Shown: piece by piece, positions 1 to 10,990 of the stretch | How the letters are laid out: each line of letters opens with the position of its first letter | How positions within the stretch are numbered: the stretch's first letter is position 1 | From: Vicugna vicugna | Taxonomy: Eukaryota | Direction of reading: 5' to 3' | Length of the DNA stretch: 22,778 nt | Assembly: GCA_013265495.1 (NCBI GenBank) | Contig: MU058384.1 | Location: forward strand, 6,320,792 to 6,343,569 | Position numbers and translations under genes: made by a program | Notes under the pieces: model-generated | Seen by the model: the letters and a program-made list of their open reading frames with translations, nothing else | What the model was told of the DNA's origin: nothing | Database searches by the model: none

Positions 1-119
1 CAGATTTGTGGCTTAAATAAACAATTGTGTTCAACGGATAGAATTGTCTGAATCTAATTAGAAGTCTGAGTTTGGAATTAATTTTTCCTAAACTATCCAC
101 TACACATTAGTTATAAATT

Positions 120-480
120 TAAGATGCTTGCTGTATAGATATTTACTGCTTTCTTGTTATGTATTTTCGCATCAGTTAATGTGAAGCCATAATATGATAG
201 AAGCTCTCACAATGAAAAAAATTCACAGGCTTTACCAATACTCTTCACTGCCTCCTTAAAACATACCACATAATGCTTTGCTGCTTTGAATGCTAATGGA
301 TAGTAATCCAATCTTTAGTAAATTCATTCTCAAAACTCCCTCACATTCACAATCTCCTTTTGTCCTCATAATGCCAAAATAGCTGGCTTCATAATAATAA
401 CCATCGTTTCTAAATCTATAACTGAGCAGACATCACCGGCACCTCAGCATCAGTCAACGTCTCCTGTATTCTGCTTAACT
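120..480 (-). mobile_element. Probable hAT-Charlie DNA transposon fossil (5' part of transposase, BED-type zinc-finger region)
   Basis: Minus strand gives, across frameshifts, DCEC..RSFENE..SSKALC..C.KEAVKS..K, resembling the N-terminal 'CRVFK.EW...KALCLICKE' region of Charlie/SPIN-type transposases. Heavily decayed; ends uncertain. Confidence 0.45.
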
Positions 481-744
481 TTCATAATAACAGCCAAGAA
501 CAACAAACAATAACCTCAGAAATTCAAAAAAAAAAAGTTTTAGGGAAAGTACCATAGAGAGTTCTGGCCAAGCACTGATTTATTTCCCTAACATCATCAT
601 AACAACCATCAAAATGTGTATTAATACAACTTGAGTAAAATATGCCAATTTCAATAATTCACATGTTACTCCATTCGAGCGAAAAACTGTGAATAAATAA
701 CCCTTGACTTTACAGCTGTGTTATATGTGTTATTGTGTCATACG

Positions 745-1107
745 TGTTATGAACTAAATGTTTATACCCCCCCCAAAATTCATACGCTGAAGCCCTAATC
801 TCCAATGTGGGGGCCTTTGTGATGTAATTAGGGCAGGGCCCTTGACGGGTTAGTGCTCTTACAGGAAGAGACACCAGAGACCATGCTGTCTCTCTCTCTC
901 TCTCCCTCTCTCTCTCTTTCTCTCTCCACCAAGTGTCAGGACACAGGGAGCAACTGACCATCTATAAGCAAGGAAGAGAGCTGTCACCAGCAACCCACCA
1001 CGTTGGTACCTTCATCTTGGACTTAGCCAAGAGCTATGAGAAATACATTTTTATTTTTTTAAGCTACCAGTTTATGATATTTTGTTTTGACAGCCCAAGC
1101 TAAGATA
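745..1107 (+). mobile_element. MaLR solo LTR (MLT1A-like)
   Basis: Starts TGTTATGAACTAAATGTTTATACCCCCCCAAAATTCATACGCTGAAGCCCTAA; contains GGAAGAGAGCTGTCACCAG and CTTCATCTTGGACTT; ends GCCCAAGCTAAGATA. ~360 bp. Degenerate 5-bp flanks ATACG / GTATG. Confidence 0.9.
889..926. repeat. Imperfect (TC)n microsatellite inside the MLT1 LTR
   Basis: Directly visible TC run with two interruptions. Confidence 0.95.
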
Positions 1108-1165
1108 GTATGTAACCATATAATATACCCCTATTGAGAATTATTTTTCTAATAAAAGTATGCCC

Positions 1166-1184
1166 TTAATTAATTAATTAATTA
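1166..1184. repeat. (TTAA)n self-complementary simple repeat
   Basis: TTAATTAATTAATTAATTA. Confidence 0.85.
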
Positions 1185-2427
1185 GGTTTTTACATTTAAG
1201 ATCCGGAATTCTCGAAATACATAAATATAAAAACATTTTTCAGTATAAGAAATTTAATCTGTGAACAAATATAATGACACAAAGCTCTTTAGAGATCTTA
1301 CTAAAGACCCCAATATAGTAATCATTTGAGAAAAAGCCACTAAAAGTAAGTTTAGGACAGGGGTTCATTTCCAGGAAATGGCAAACATTAAAGAATGATT
1401 TTCCACACCATTTATCTGAAACTTTATTAAGATGTCTATGGGCCAAAAAGGTAGATTTGTTATTCTATTGTCTAAAAGCTGTTGCAGTCATCTTAATGAG
1501 GAGCTTCCCATGGTCTGGGGAAAATCTAGGTTCTGAGAGAGGTTCTGTCTCTGTGGTCTCCCATAAACTTCCACGTGGAAAGAAAAAGCATCTCAACCTA
1601 TTTTCAATGGATCTGAGTCGTATCTTTATCCGGAAGCTGAATGTCTTTATAAACAGAAATAAAGTTTTCCACATTTTTTTTTCCTGGCATAACTTTTAAT
1701 AAACTGAAGAACTCTAGGTCCTTCCTTATTTTTTCTTTTTTAAATTGAAGTATCTGTTCTTTTCCTATAAACTATTCTTGTTCCAGAAATGTATCTAAAT
1801 TTTTTATAAGAATCCTTATAAAAAGATTTGACAAAAGAGAAATAGTCTAAGGTTGAAGAAATGAATACATATTTTAGAATCTGAGAGTAACGAATTTGTG
1901 TTTCATTTCTGTTGCTTAAAAATTATGTGAAATTCTTCATCAGGACATTTAAGATAAAAGAGCAGTACCCGAGTCACTGATTAAGGGGACGACCCTGAAG
2001 CCTAAAGCACAGAATAAACACTCAGGGACACCAGCTCGTCTTCATCTTCTTCCTCTGTGATGACTCCTATTGTTGCTGTGACTTCTCAGTCCTCCATGAC
2101 CACTATCACCCACGACAACAATAACAGTAACTATTATTATTGGCAGTATGTTCGCCCTTGATAGTGAAAGATTACAACTTCACCTCTCTGGAATTCAGGT
2201 TATACAAGGTTCAGTCAAGCATTCAGGTGATATTTTGCCACAGTGGCTATAACCGAGGATGTCTAAAGCATATCTAAGCTTGCCTTTAATACTATAAATA
2301 TGTGTTGTCATGATGTCCACAATTCTTCTTAAAATACTGTAGCATATACAATGTCTTATTATGTGTGGGTTACTAAGATTAAGCTCTCATTTAGATGCTT
2401 TAAGCATTCTATTAAAAAATGCAAAAA

Positions 2428-2529
2428 GTGGTAGAGCTCATGCTCAGCATACACAAGGTCCTAGGTTCAATCCCCAGTGCCTCCTCTAAAAATAAAACAA
2501 GTAAATAGGCCTAATTACCTCCCGCTCTA
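2428..2529 (+). mobile_element. tRNA-derived camelid SINE (Vic-1 type), 5'-truncated
   Basis: GTGGTAGAG (A-box remnant), GGTTCAATCCC (B-box), A-rich stretch then CCTAATTACCTCCC tail. Flanked by a near-perfect target-site duplication AAAAAATGCAAAAA (2414-2427) / AAAAAATGCAAGAA (2530-2543). Confidence 0.88.
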
Positions 2530-3429
2530 AAAAAATGCAAGAATAGAGGAGTGCTTTTTCTCAAGAAGCCCATATTCCCTGGGGTGGCTACTAAAAGTCT
2601 TCTGGTATCCCTGTTTCCATCGACAACAAACATTCTGAAAATGAAAATGTTTAATGTCAGAAGTAGGTTTTCACTGATGAAAACAGTGGCCTCTGGACTA
2701 GGACTGTGAATGTCAGACATGAGCTCACATAGATGAACATAAAAGCATTCACGGTAAGTGGATTGCTGCCACATTAGCAATACTTCTCACCTTTGCCTAA
2801 AACAAGCATAAAAATCAGAGTAGCCTATAGCCTTTACTTTTGAGATGGCATCTTTGACTAACTCTCTAAGATGAGTCATGAACTAAAGAAGATTTTGATT
2901 GCCTGATACTGGCCATAAGGTGAGAGAATCCTGCCTCTGGAATTTTGACACTGACCTCAGTTGAAGCGTTCATGCAAGGTGGTGATCGCAACACCTAAAA
3001 GGACATAAAGCTGGAACCTCCTTGAGTCAACAGAATAAACTCTGGGGGCATCTTTTGTGTACTTGCTTGCTAATGAATGCTTAATACATTACTCATGTCA
3101 AAGGCAGGACTCGGTCTGAGACTTCTTTCATTTTTATCTAGACAAAGCTAGGTTTAAATGGAAGGGTAGGCAACCTTCATTCATCTCAACATTAACCAAC
3201 TAACAGAAAGCACACATGCACACATACACACGGAAACAAAAGCACATTCAATTACTCGTGCTGATCATTGGCAAGATGTTAGAAATGGAATACCAACTGA
3301 CAGATAATTGAGAAACTTTATATAAACTTGAAATAGAATAATTCAATAATAATCATGATACATTATTCAGGAAAAAAACTCTCCATTGTTAGAGAAATAA
3401 ACATTCTCAGCACAACTTACAGTCGTGAT

Positions 3430-3870
3430 TTTTAAAATGCATGTGCAATTTATTGCAAGTAGAGAAAATACTATCCACAGTGGGATTTTTGCTGCCATAT
3501 ATGTTTGCTTTCACTTGTTATCATGTGAACTTGTACATACTTGTCCAAAATATCTTTAGTGTTGGAACAATAGGATTACCAAACTTTTCACAACTGCCAA
3601 CCATGATATTTTGAGCTACGACATGTGGAGCTTTGCTAATGGTATTAAATTTGTTGGTTTAGCTATGGGTGATTGATTTCCCAACTTTCATTCCATCTTG
3701 CAAGACTCTTCCTTTTATTAAACTTGGCTTCAACTATATGTTTTCTTTCCTTTCTCCTTTTGGAATAGCTGCAAGTTTGGCCTCATTATCGTCCTGTTTT
3801 GTAAATTAAGTCAACCGCTTATACTCATTAATTATAGGTCTCCGATTATTTCTTTTTCCATTTATTTTAA
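3430..3870 (-). mobile_element. Probable hAT (Tip100-like) DNA transposon fossil, N-terminal transposase region
   Basis: Minus strand reads AKFNKRKSLARWNESWEINHP*L, then after a frameshift KAPHVVAQNIMVGSCEKF. This resembles the 'R.F...W...[FY]PWL' TTF-type zinc-finger start of hAT transposases. Many stops and frameshifts. Confidence 0.5.
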
Positions 3871-4431
3871 CTTGAATTTATTGACACAGTATTAATGAAA
3901 ATTTTAAAAGAAAAAATATTTCCACTAATATCCACCAGAAATTTTCCATCAGAAAAATTATTTGCATTATTTATTTCTTCTACATTCCTATAAGATATCC
4001 ACTACATATCTGTTGTGTCGCCTTTATATGTATGTTTATATTTTAACCACTTATGTAAAAGATGTAGAATAAATACTACAAATTATAATGTACATGAAAA
4101 TACTGTAGTTTCTTTCACTCAATAGCAAGTATTATATTATTTTTAAATGTTTCCATGTTGTTTCATTGCTTATCTTTTTAAACTCCAGACTATTCCTCAT
4201 AATAAAAAAATCTCAAATCAAACTTCTTTTCACATAAGAGATTACGAATTATTCCCATAGCAGCTATTGAATTGTAACATTATTGTACTTTATCCATTTT
4301 CACCAAATTAGATCACATTTTGTACAGAAGATAATGCTTAAGGTACATAAACTATTGAAACTCTTGGCCTAATTTTAATGCTTTCTAGCAACAAAAATAT
4401 CGACACAAATCAGACACATATTCAACAAGTA

Positions 4432-4626
4432 TTTGGCTTTGAGTAATAATGACATGTCAGTATAGGTTCATCAATTTTTGTCAAATGCACCACTGTGTGT
4501 GGGTACCATGGCAGGCTGTGCACGTGTGGGACAGGGACAAATGGGAATTCTCTATATATGCCGCTCAATTTTGACATAAAAAAATAAACTACTCTAAAAA
4601 ATGAAGTTTGCTAATTAAAAACAAAA
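4432..4626 (+). mobile_element. L1 3' end fragment (L1MB-like)
   Basis: ATAATGACATGTCAGTATAGGTTCATCAA...GGCTGTGCACGTGTGGG...GCTCAATTTTG...CTCTAAAAAATGAAG followed by an A-rich tail; matches the L1MB 3' UTR terminus. Confidence 0.8.
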
Positions 4627-4819
4627 TTTGGGAGAGACAAAAAGATTAAAGTAAGTGTAAGGCTTCTGAGATTTAAAAAAATTTTAGACCTAAAGTTCAA
4701 GAATGAGTACTAAATAAATACAGTAGGGATTCAATAAATATTATTTTCTTTTCTGTTATTTTTGTCTTTAACATGGCACTAAGTCTTGCCATTTCTTGCT
4801 TTAAATTATTCATGTTTTG

Positions 4820-4988
4820 TTTAAAAATAATCTAAGATGGGTGAGGGGACTGGGAAGGGGGTGGAGGTGAACAGGTTTGCTATTCTGTTACTAACTATTA
4901 AAGATGGACAGTGGGTATAAGAGTTTATTAGGATCCTTTCTCTACTTTTGTATGTGTTTGACATTTTCCATAATATCATAGAAAAAAA
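4820..4988 (+). mobile_element. Old L1 3' end fragment (L1MC/L1ME-like)
   Basis: TTCTCTACTTTTGTATGTGTTTGACATTTTCCATAAT plus an A tail is the typical terminus of old L1M elements. Confidence 0.75.
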
Positions 4989-5375
4989 TCTTTCCTGGAC
5001 ATCTGTTTCTGACCATATTAAAGATCTTGTATCAGACTCTTCCCACCTCCCATCTCCCCCCATAATAATGAATCCAGATAAAATATATGAAATGGCTGAC
5101 TTCTGATACTAGACAAAATCAGTAGAGTAATCCAGGAAAAAAGGGAAATTAAATAGGCAAGTGCTAAAATGGTAACAGCTTTCTGTTTAGAGTCATTTTC
5201 TGGATTGTGATGCAGGGAGGGCATCCTTAGATGAGAAGTCAGATGTCAGAGTTCTAGAAGGTTAAGAAGCCTGGGATATCTCGGGCAAGGCAATGGGGAT
5301 GATAGAGTTATGCAGACAAATTGCTCCAGAAATCTCCATGGGGTTCCTTTATGTAGTTACTGGAACTAAACTGTA

Positions 5376-5777
5376 TTGTTTAAAGAAGATGGATAGGAAA
5401 AAAATTTATATATATATATATAAAATATTATTCAGCCATAAAAAATGAAATGCCATTTATAGCAACATGGCTGGATCTATAGATTATCATACTAAGTGAA
5501 GTCAGAGAAAGACAAATATCATATGATATCACTTATATGCAGAATATAAAAAAATACAAATGAATTTATTTACAAACTAGAAGGAGACTCTTAGACATAG
5601 AAAACAAACTATGATTACCAAAGGAGAACTGGGGGGAGGGATAAATTAGGAGTTTGGGATTAACACATATACACTATTACGTATAAAATAGATAAACAAC
5701 AAGGACCTACTGTGTAGCACAGGGAACTATATTCAATATTTTGGAATAAACTGTAATGGAAAATAATCTGAAAAAGA

Positions 5778-5812
<35 letters not shown>

Positions 5813-5883
5813 ACTGAATCACTTTGCTGTACACCTGAAACTAACACAACATTGTAAATCAACTATACTTCAATTTAAAAAAA
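5376..5883 (+). mobile_element. Younger 5'-truncated L1 (artiodactyl-type ORF2 end and 3' UTR) with perfect 12-bp TSD
   Basis: GGGAGGGATAAATTAGGAGTTTGGGATTAAC...CAAGGACCTACTGTGTAGCACAGGGAAC...CTGAATCACTTTGCTGTACACCTGAAACTAACACAACATTGTAAATCAACTATACTTCAAT plus poly(A). AACTAAACTGTA at both 5364-5375 and 5884-5895. Confidence 0.93.
5779..5808. repeat. Perfect (TG)15 microsatellite
   Basis: Directly visible. Confidence 0.97.
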
Positions 5884-6754
5884 AACTAAACTGTACACAC
5901 ACATAGGTTGAAATTCCACGTGACAGGTGAAAAAATGACCAATTGATGAGCTCCAATCTTGACTAATCTTAACTGATAAACTGAGGTGCAGAGAAGTATT
6001 ATTCAGCCATAATATTTATAGCTCCATCCAGCTGGAGCGGGAAGACCTCACTGAATATCTGAGACATCCTGTTGAGACCCTAGAAGTTCACACCTTAATG
6101 GAAGGCAAAACTAGCTCTAGATTAAAAGCTACACTGGACTCAGCCTAACAACAAGCCTCTAAAATGCAAGTTACTTAATGGCTTTCTAAAGTCCAGTTTA
6201 ACGCTCCATATGGGAAGACAATAAAATCCAGATGCTCAGCAACAAAATATTCATTACGCTCAGCATCTCATAAAATATTACTAGCCGTGCAAAGAAAATA
6301 TAACTAGGAGAAAAATCAGTCATTAGAAATACATACAGAAGTAACAAAGATAATTTGGAGAAATGGACATTAAAACCATTATCACAATGGGCCTGAGAAT
6401 TTAAATGAAAATGTGAATATACTAAAAAGAAATGTGTAGATACAAAGAATGAAATGGAACTTCTTCAGTTCAAACTTTAGTATTTGAAATAAAAATTCAC
6501 TGGATTGGATTAACAGCAGATTTGACACTGAAGTAAAAAAGATGAGGTAACCTGGGGATGTAGCAAACTGAAGCACAGAAAAGAAAAAAAAAAGATTTGG
6601 TAAAAGAAACAAGAGCCACAGGGACTTGTGAGACAACATTAAGAAATCAAGCATATGTGTAATTGGGGGGAGGGGGGCAGAAAAGCATTTGTATAAAAAT
6701 GTCAAAAAATTTGGTGAAAATAAAATTTTAGGAACATCACTCTTTAAATGCCAC

Positions 6755-7748
6755 CTTGAGTCACAATCTGGGAGAAAATATTATGACTACAAGCATCTGA
6801 TGGAGGACTTGCATTCAGAATGTGTAAAGAACTCTTACTACCCAAGAATAAGAAGCCAAGAAATCCAATAACAAATGGGCAAAGAGCTAACTAAACACTT
6901 TACACACACACACACACACAACACACACACACACCACACACACACACACACACAGAGATATATATCATGGTTAGTACCACATGAAACATGCTCAGCATCA
7001 CTCTTTATAGAGAACTGCAAATGAAAAATATAAGAGATACCTCTACACATTTCAGTGCAAAAGATAAAATTTGAAAGACAATACCAAACAGTGAGAATGT
7101 AGAACATCTAGAACTCTTAGACATTGCTGATGGGAACGTAAAATGGTAAAAACCATTCTGGAAAATAGTTTGGCAGATGCTTAGACATTTAAACAGACGT
7201 TTACCATCTGACCTAGCAATTCTAGTCCTAAGTATTTATCCAAGGAAAAGAAAGCCATGCATTCTCACAAAGACTTGTACATGAGTGTTCATAGTTTATC
7301 TATAATAGCCCCCCAAAATTTGAGAACAAGCCAAACGTTCACCAAGTTTTGAAAGGATAAACAAATTGTGGTACAGTCATACAACTGGATATTATGCAGC
7401 AATAAAAAACAAATCACGGATGCCTACAGGAATTCAGTGATACCCCAAAGCATTATGCTAAAAGAAAGAAGCCAAGCACAAAGATGCCATTCTATATGAA
7501 TGCATTCAGATGAAATTCTAGAAAAGGCATAATTAATCTACAGTCACAAAAAGATCAGTGGTTACCTGAGCTTTGGGATGGGATTTGCTGATTGCCAAGA
7601 GGAGCTAGGAAATTTCTGGAGTGATAGAAATGTTCCATATCTTAATTACAGTGGTTGTTACATGGCTGCATACCTTTGTCAAATACTCAACATTTAAAAT
7701 GCATGCATTTTATTGTAGGTAACTTGTATCTCAATTTGATTTTTAAAG
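6755..7748 (+). mobile_element. Old L1 ORF2 C-terminus and 3' UTR (L1ME/L1MB8-like)
   Basis: CTGGGAGAAAATATT...AAATGGGCAAAGA...CATTGCTGATGGGAACGTAAAATGGTA...GACCTAGCAATTCTAGTCCTAAGTATTTATCCAAG...GTGATAGAAATGTTCCATATCTT...TTTTATTGTAGGTAACTTGTATCTCAAT. Confidence 0.9.
6902..6954. repeat. Imperfect (CA)n microsatellite within L1
   Basis: Directly visible CA run with interruptions. Confidence 0.95.
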
Positions 7749-7759
7749 ACAAAAGACTT

Positions 7760-8716
7760 CTCCATGACACCTTTCTCCGCACAACAACACTCCTAGTCCA
7801 GGACAGCATAATTTAGCTCCTTTGCTGTTGCAGACACCTTCTTTGTGTTCTCCCTGCTTCTATTTTTGGACTACTACAACGTCTCTATACACTAGTGAGG
7901 GTGTTTTTTTAAAAATACACTGTTCTTCAAACTCTAGGATATGACTCTTTACTGGGCCATAAAATTGAATTTTTTATGCAACAGAATAGAAAAGGAAATA
8001 TCTTGTGTCCTGTGTGTAATAAAGTTAAGTATATTTTCATAAAACTTAAAACTGTGTGTGTGTGTTGAGCAGTTACATGAAATACTTGTGACCATGAGTC
8101 TAAACTAAAAATGTATGGACGGTCTCTGCTTCAGATATAACCTGGATTGTGCTTAGAAGTATCCAATGCCTTCCCATTAATTGCACTTCATATAAAATCT
8201 AAATGCCATGCCCTGAGCTCTAAGGTCACCTTGATAACCACATTATAACATGGTCTCCGCCTACTTTCCCAACCTCACCTAGCTCAGCTTTTTCCTTCAC
8301 TCACTGTCCTGTTTGCTGTTCTCTAAACACAGAAGCTCCTTTCTGCTTTCTGGCTTCTTCGTTTAATATCCCCATTGTCTAGAAGCTCTGCCCCAGATCT
8401 CTGAATGGTTGCTTTTCTTGTCAGTCTCGTCTGTGCTCAAATGTCATCATTTAAAGACATCTTAATTAACTACTCTATAAACAAGCTTCCACCTCAACCC
8501 CACTCTCTATGGGAACATTTTACTTCATGTCTTTATAGCACTTAGGTCTGTGTAAAATTGTTTTTTTCATTAGTTAATCTGATGATAACTGTCTGTCACC
8601 CTCTCGTTCATCAAATGGATTGAAAGTTTCACATAAAGATAAACTTTCATGCTTTCACTTCTGTAGCCCCAGCACCTAGAACAGTGTGTGTGGCATATAA
8701 TGGGACCTAAAACATT
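7760..8716 (+). mobile_element. L2 3' portion, split by a DNA-transposon insertion at 7918-8128
   Basis: CCTAGTCCAGG...CTCCCTGCTTC, resuming with CCAATGCCTTCCCAT...CCCCAGATCT...GCTCAAATGTCA...CCCCAGCACCTAGAACAGTG...TGGCATATAATGGG (L2 3' tail). Confidence 0.85.
7918..8128. mobile_element. Non-autonomous hAT-Charlie element (MER-type MITE)
   Basis: Begins CACTGTTCTTCAAACT (decayed CAGTGGTTCTCAAACT TIR); internal AGAATAGAAAAGGAAATATC...TAAGTATATTTTCATAAAAC; ends ...CTCTG. L2 sequence is collinear on both sides. Confidence 0.65.
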
Positions 8717-8982
8717 TTTTTGCTTTCTCTGTTCAATTACACTGTCGATATCATAGACCAGGCCCCTGCTACCCTGCATAGCAATCAACAGAAAAAGTAA
8801 AGGGAATGAGAAACCTTCAAAAGATTCTGGGAATTATTTTTATCAAATAGTCTTGACTTGATGTGTATTTAATGTCTGACATATTTTCCATTCAAGTTAT
8901 TTTACAAACTTTTCCAATGATATTTTATACAGATAAGGTTTGCTAAAACAGGTAGACTGCAGATACTTTTTGCTTCTCTTTC

Positions 8983-9298
8983 CAGAGCTTATAAATTGGC
9001 AGCCCCAAGTTGAATCCAGCTAGAAGATATATTTTATTTGATCTGCATGAAATTTTGAATTGGAAGTCAACATTTATGAGTTGCTAGAGCCGTAAAAATC
9101 TACATTTCCAGCTGCTGCTTCTAAGTCAAGTGGTGGTGTACCATTTGCCCATGACAGCCATGAGGTATAGCTTCCAGGTGGAGGCTTGACCCTCTGGTTT
9201 GACACAGCCCCTTCACCTCTGTCCTGCTTTATGCCCAAAGTATCTCCCATGTTTACATTACCTGCCTGGGCCTCAAGGCATTTCTTTTCAGCAACTAT
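8983..9298 (+). mobile_element. MER102-like hAT-Charlie element
   Basis: AAATTGGCAGCCC...AATCCAGC...TTTTATTTGATCTGCA...TTTGAATT...CAACATTT...TAAAAATCTACATTTCCAGCT...TTACCTGCCTGG...AAGGCATTT follows the MER102 layout. Confidence 0.75.
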
Positions 9299-9391
9299 TC
9301 ATATGCTCTAATCACCAGAATAAGAGACCAGAGCTACCTTGTAACTGTTTTTGAATGAATATTCAAGTTTCTCATAAAACCTAGACACATT

Positions 9392-10380
9392 TACTCATTC
9401 ATTAATTCACTCATCATACATAACCCAATACCCAATACATGTTTATTGAGTGTCTAATATGCATCAAATGCTTTTCTAGGTGTGAGTATATAATATTCAA
9501 ATAATAAATACTAAATCTATATTTTCATATAGATTACATGCTAATGATGAAGAGAAGTAACCAATGGAAATTTTACCATGTAAATTTTACTATTTACTAT
9601 ATAGGAAATATATTATGCTGGATGATGTTCATTATCATCAGCAACATAAAGCAAATAAGGAATGGGGGGTGGGGAGTGGAAGCAGCTATAAAATAGATGG
9701 TCAGAAAACATCTCATTCAAAAGACATTTTAACAAAGAACTAAAGGGGATGAGGAAGTATATCATGGAGACATTTGACCTCTATTTGAGCCATGAGTGCT
9801 TTAGGAAGGGGGTAAAGTGCAAAAGCCCTGAGGCAGGTGTGTGGCTGGTATATTCACAGACCAGAGTAAAGACTACTACTACTCTAGAGTAGATGGCTGA
9901 AGAGAGAAATTAGAGCTAATGTCAAAGGTGCAGCTAAGGCCTGGATCATGCAGAGCCTTGCAGACCACCGTGAGGGATATGTCGAGTACTGGAGTGAGAC
10001 TGAGTGTGAGACTGGCAGCCAGTGGAAGGTTTGAGTACAGGATGACATGATCTGACAAGTTTTCAAAGGCTCCCTTAGGGCTGTGCAGAGAATAAGCCAT
10101 AGGAAGACAAGAGACAATTATAATCAACCAGATGGAGATGCAGCCCCCCAGATCCTGTGTGGTAGAAATAAAGGGACTGGAAATTGATCAAATTCTGGTT
10201 ATATTTTAAGACTAGAAACAACAGGATTGCTAATGAATTCGATGTCTAAAGATCAGGGGAAAGGTCTAGGCTGGAAATAAAAATGGGTGAATCTTCACTA
10301 CAAAAATGGTATTAAAAATGCAGAAACTGGATGAGACCATGAAGGAAATATCCAACGTGAACAGACAGAAGAGATGAGAA
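9392..10380 (-). mobile_element. L2 (L2a-like) 3' portion
   Basis: Antisense tail TCATTCATTAATTCACTCA...TTTATTGAGTGTCTA; AAAAGCCCTGAGGCAGG; GATCATGCAGAGCCTTG; GCAGCCAGTGGAAGGTTT; CATGATCTGA; CTGGATGAGACCA. Confidence 0.9.
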
Positions 10381-10424
10381 GAAAGATCATTATATGGGTA
10401 ATCACATTTAAGCAAGAATGACAC

Positions 10425-10600
10425 TAGAACAACCTTGCATCATCGATTGTTAAAGGTATAAGGTATTTAAAATATCATCTGCCAAATGAGGAAACTGAGG
10501 GCTGGGGTGAAGTGACTTTGCAAAAGGCACACAACTAGTGATGGCAGAGCCCAGACTTGAACAGGGCACACCTGACTGTCTAGGTGACACTTTGACCTGT
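10425..10600 (-). mobile_element. MIR SINE
   Basis: Antisense MIR core AAATGAGGAAACTGAGG...GTGAAGTGACTTTGC...CACACAACTAGTGATGGCAGAGC...ACTTGAAC. Confidence 0.9.
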
Positions 10601-10759
10601 GTAAATTACCTCTCTTGATAACATTTGAACAACATCACCATCATACAGAAAAAGAATTCCCTAATCTGGAGTCACTGATTACTTACTGAGTGAATACAAA
10701 GTTACAACCCATTCATTAATTATAGATTTCCCTCAAAGCCCAGAGGTCCCAGTGAAGTA

Positions 10760-10990
10760 GGGCATACAGGACCAGACATTCTCAGTTCATGTTTTCACTC
10801 TGCCACGAGCTAGGCTTGTGACTTTGGACAACTCTTTAACCATTCTGTCTCAGTTTCATCATCTCTAAAATGGGCTTAGTAATAGTTACCAAAGTGTAGA
10901 ATTGTGGGGATCAGATAAAATAACCTATAAAAATGCTGATGACAATGCTTGGCACAGATTAATTTATGAGAAAGGTTAGCAATTATTACT
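10760..10990 (+). mobile_element. MIR SINE
   Basis: CTCTGCCAC...TGTGACTTTGGACAA...CTGTCTCAGTTTCATCATCTCTAAAATGGG...ACAATGCTTGGCACAG. Confidence 0.9.

Larger units (their letters stand above)
5010..6720 (+). mobile_element. Old L1 (L1MD/L1ME-like) 5' UTR and partial ORF1, interrupted by a younger L1 at 5376-5883
   Basis: 5'-end-like sequence (GATAAAATATATGAAA...CAGCTTTCTG...GCAGGGAGG) and ORF1-like sequence (AAAAATTCACTGGATTGGATTAACAGCAGATTTGACACTG...GACTTGTGAGACAACATTAAG...ATATGTGTAATTGG). No open frame remains. Confidence 0.75.

Noticed and set aside
710..961. 83-aa ORF with an ER repeat
   Set aside because: Antisense reading of the MLT1 LTR and its (TC)n microsatellite.
1401..1413. 13-mer TTCCACACCATTT shared with 13993-14005
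   Set aside because: A few 13-mer matches are expected by chance in a 23-kb AT-rich window, and the flanks do not align at consistent spacing.
2428..2485. tRNA gene
   Set aside because: Truncated tRNA-like head with SINE tail and TSD; no complete cloverleaf.
2871..3029. Two AP-1 sites (TGAGTCA at 2872 and 3023)
   Set aside because: This 7-mer occurs several times in the window; no independent evidence of an enhancer.
6382..7107. Hydrophobic minus-strand ORFs of 107 aa and 89 aa
   Set aside because: Antisense of A-rich L1 sequence and a (CA)n run.
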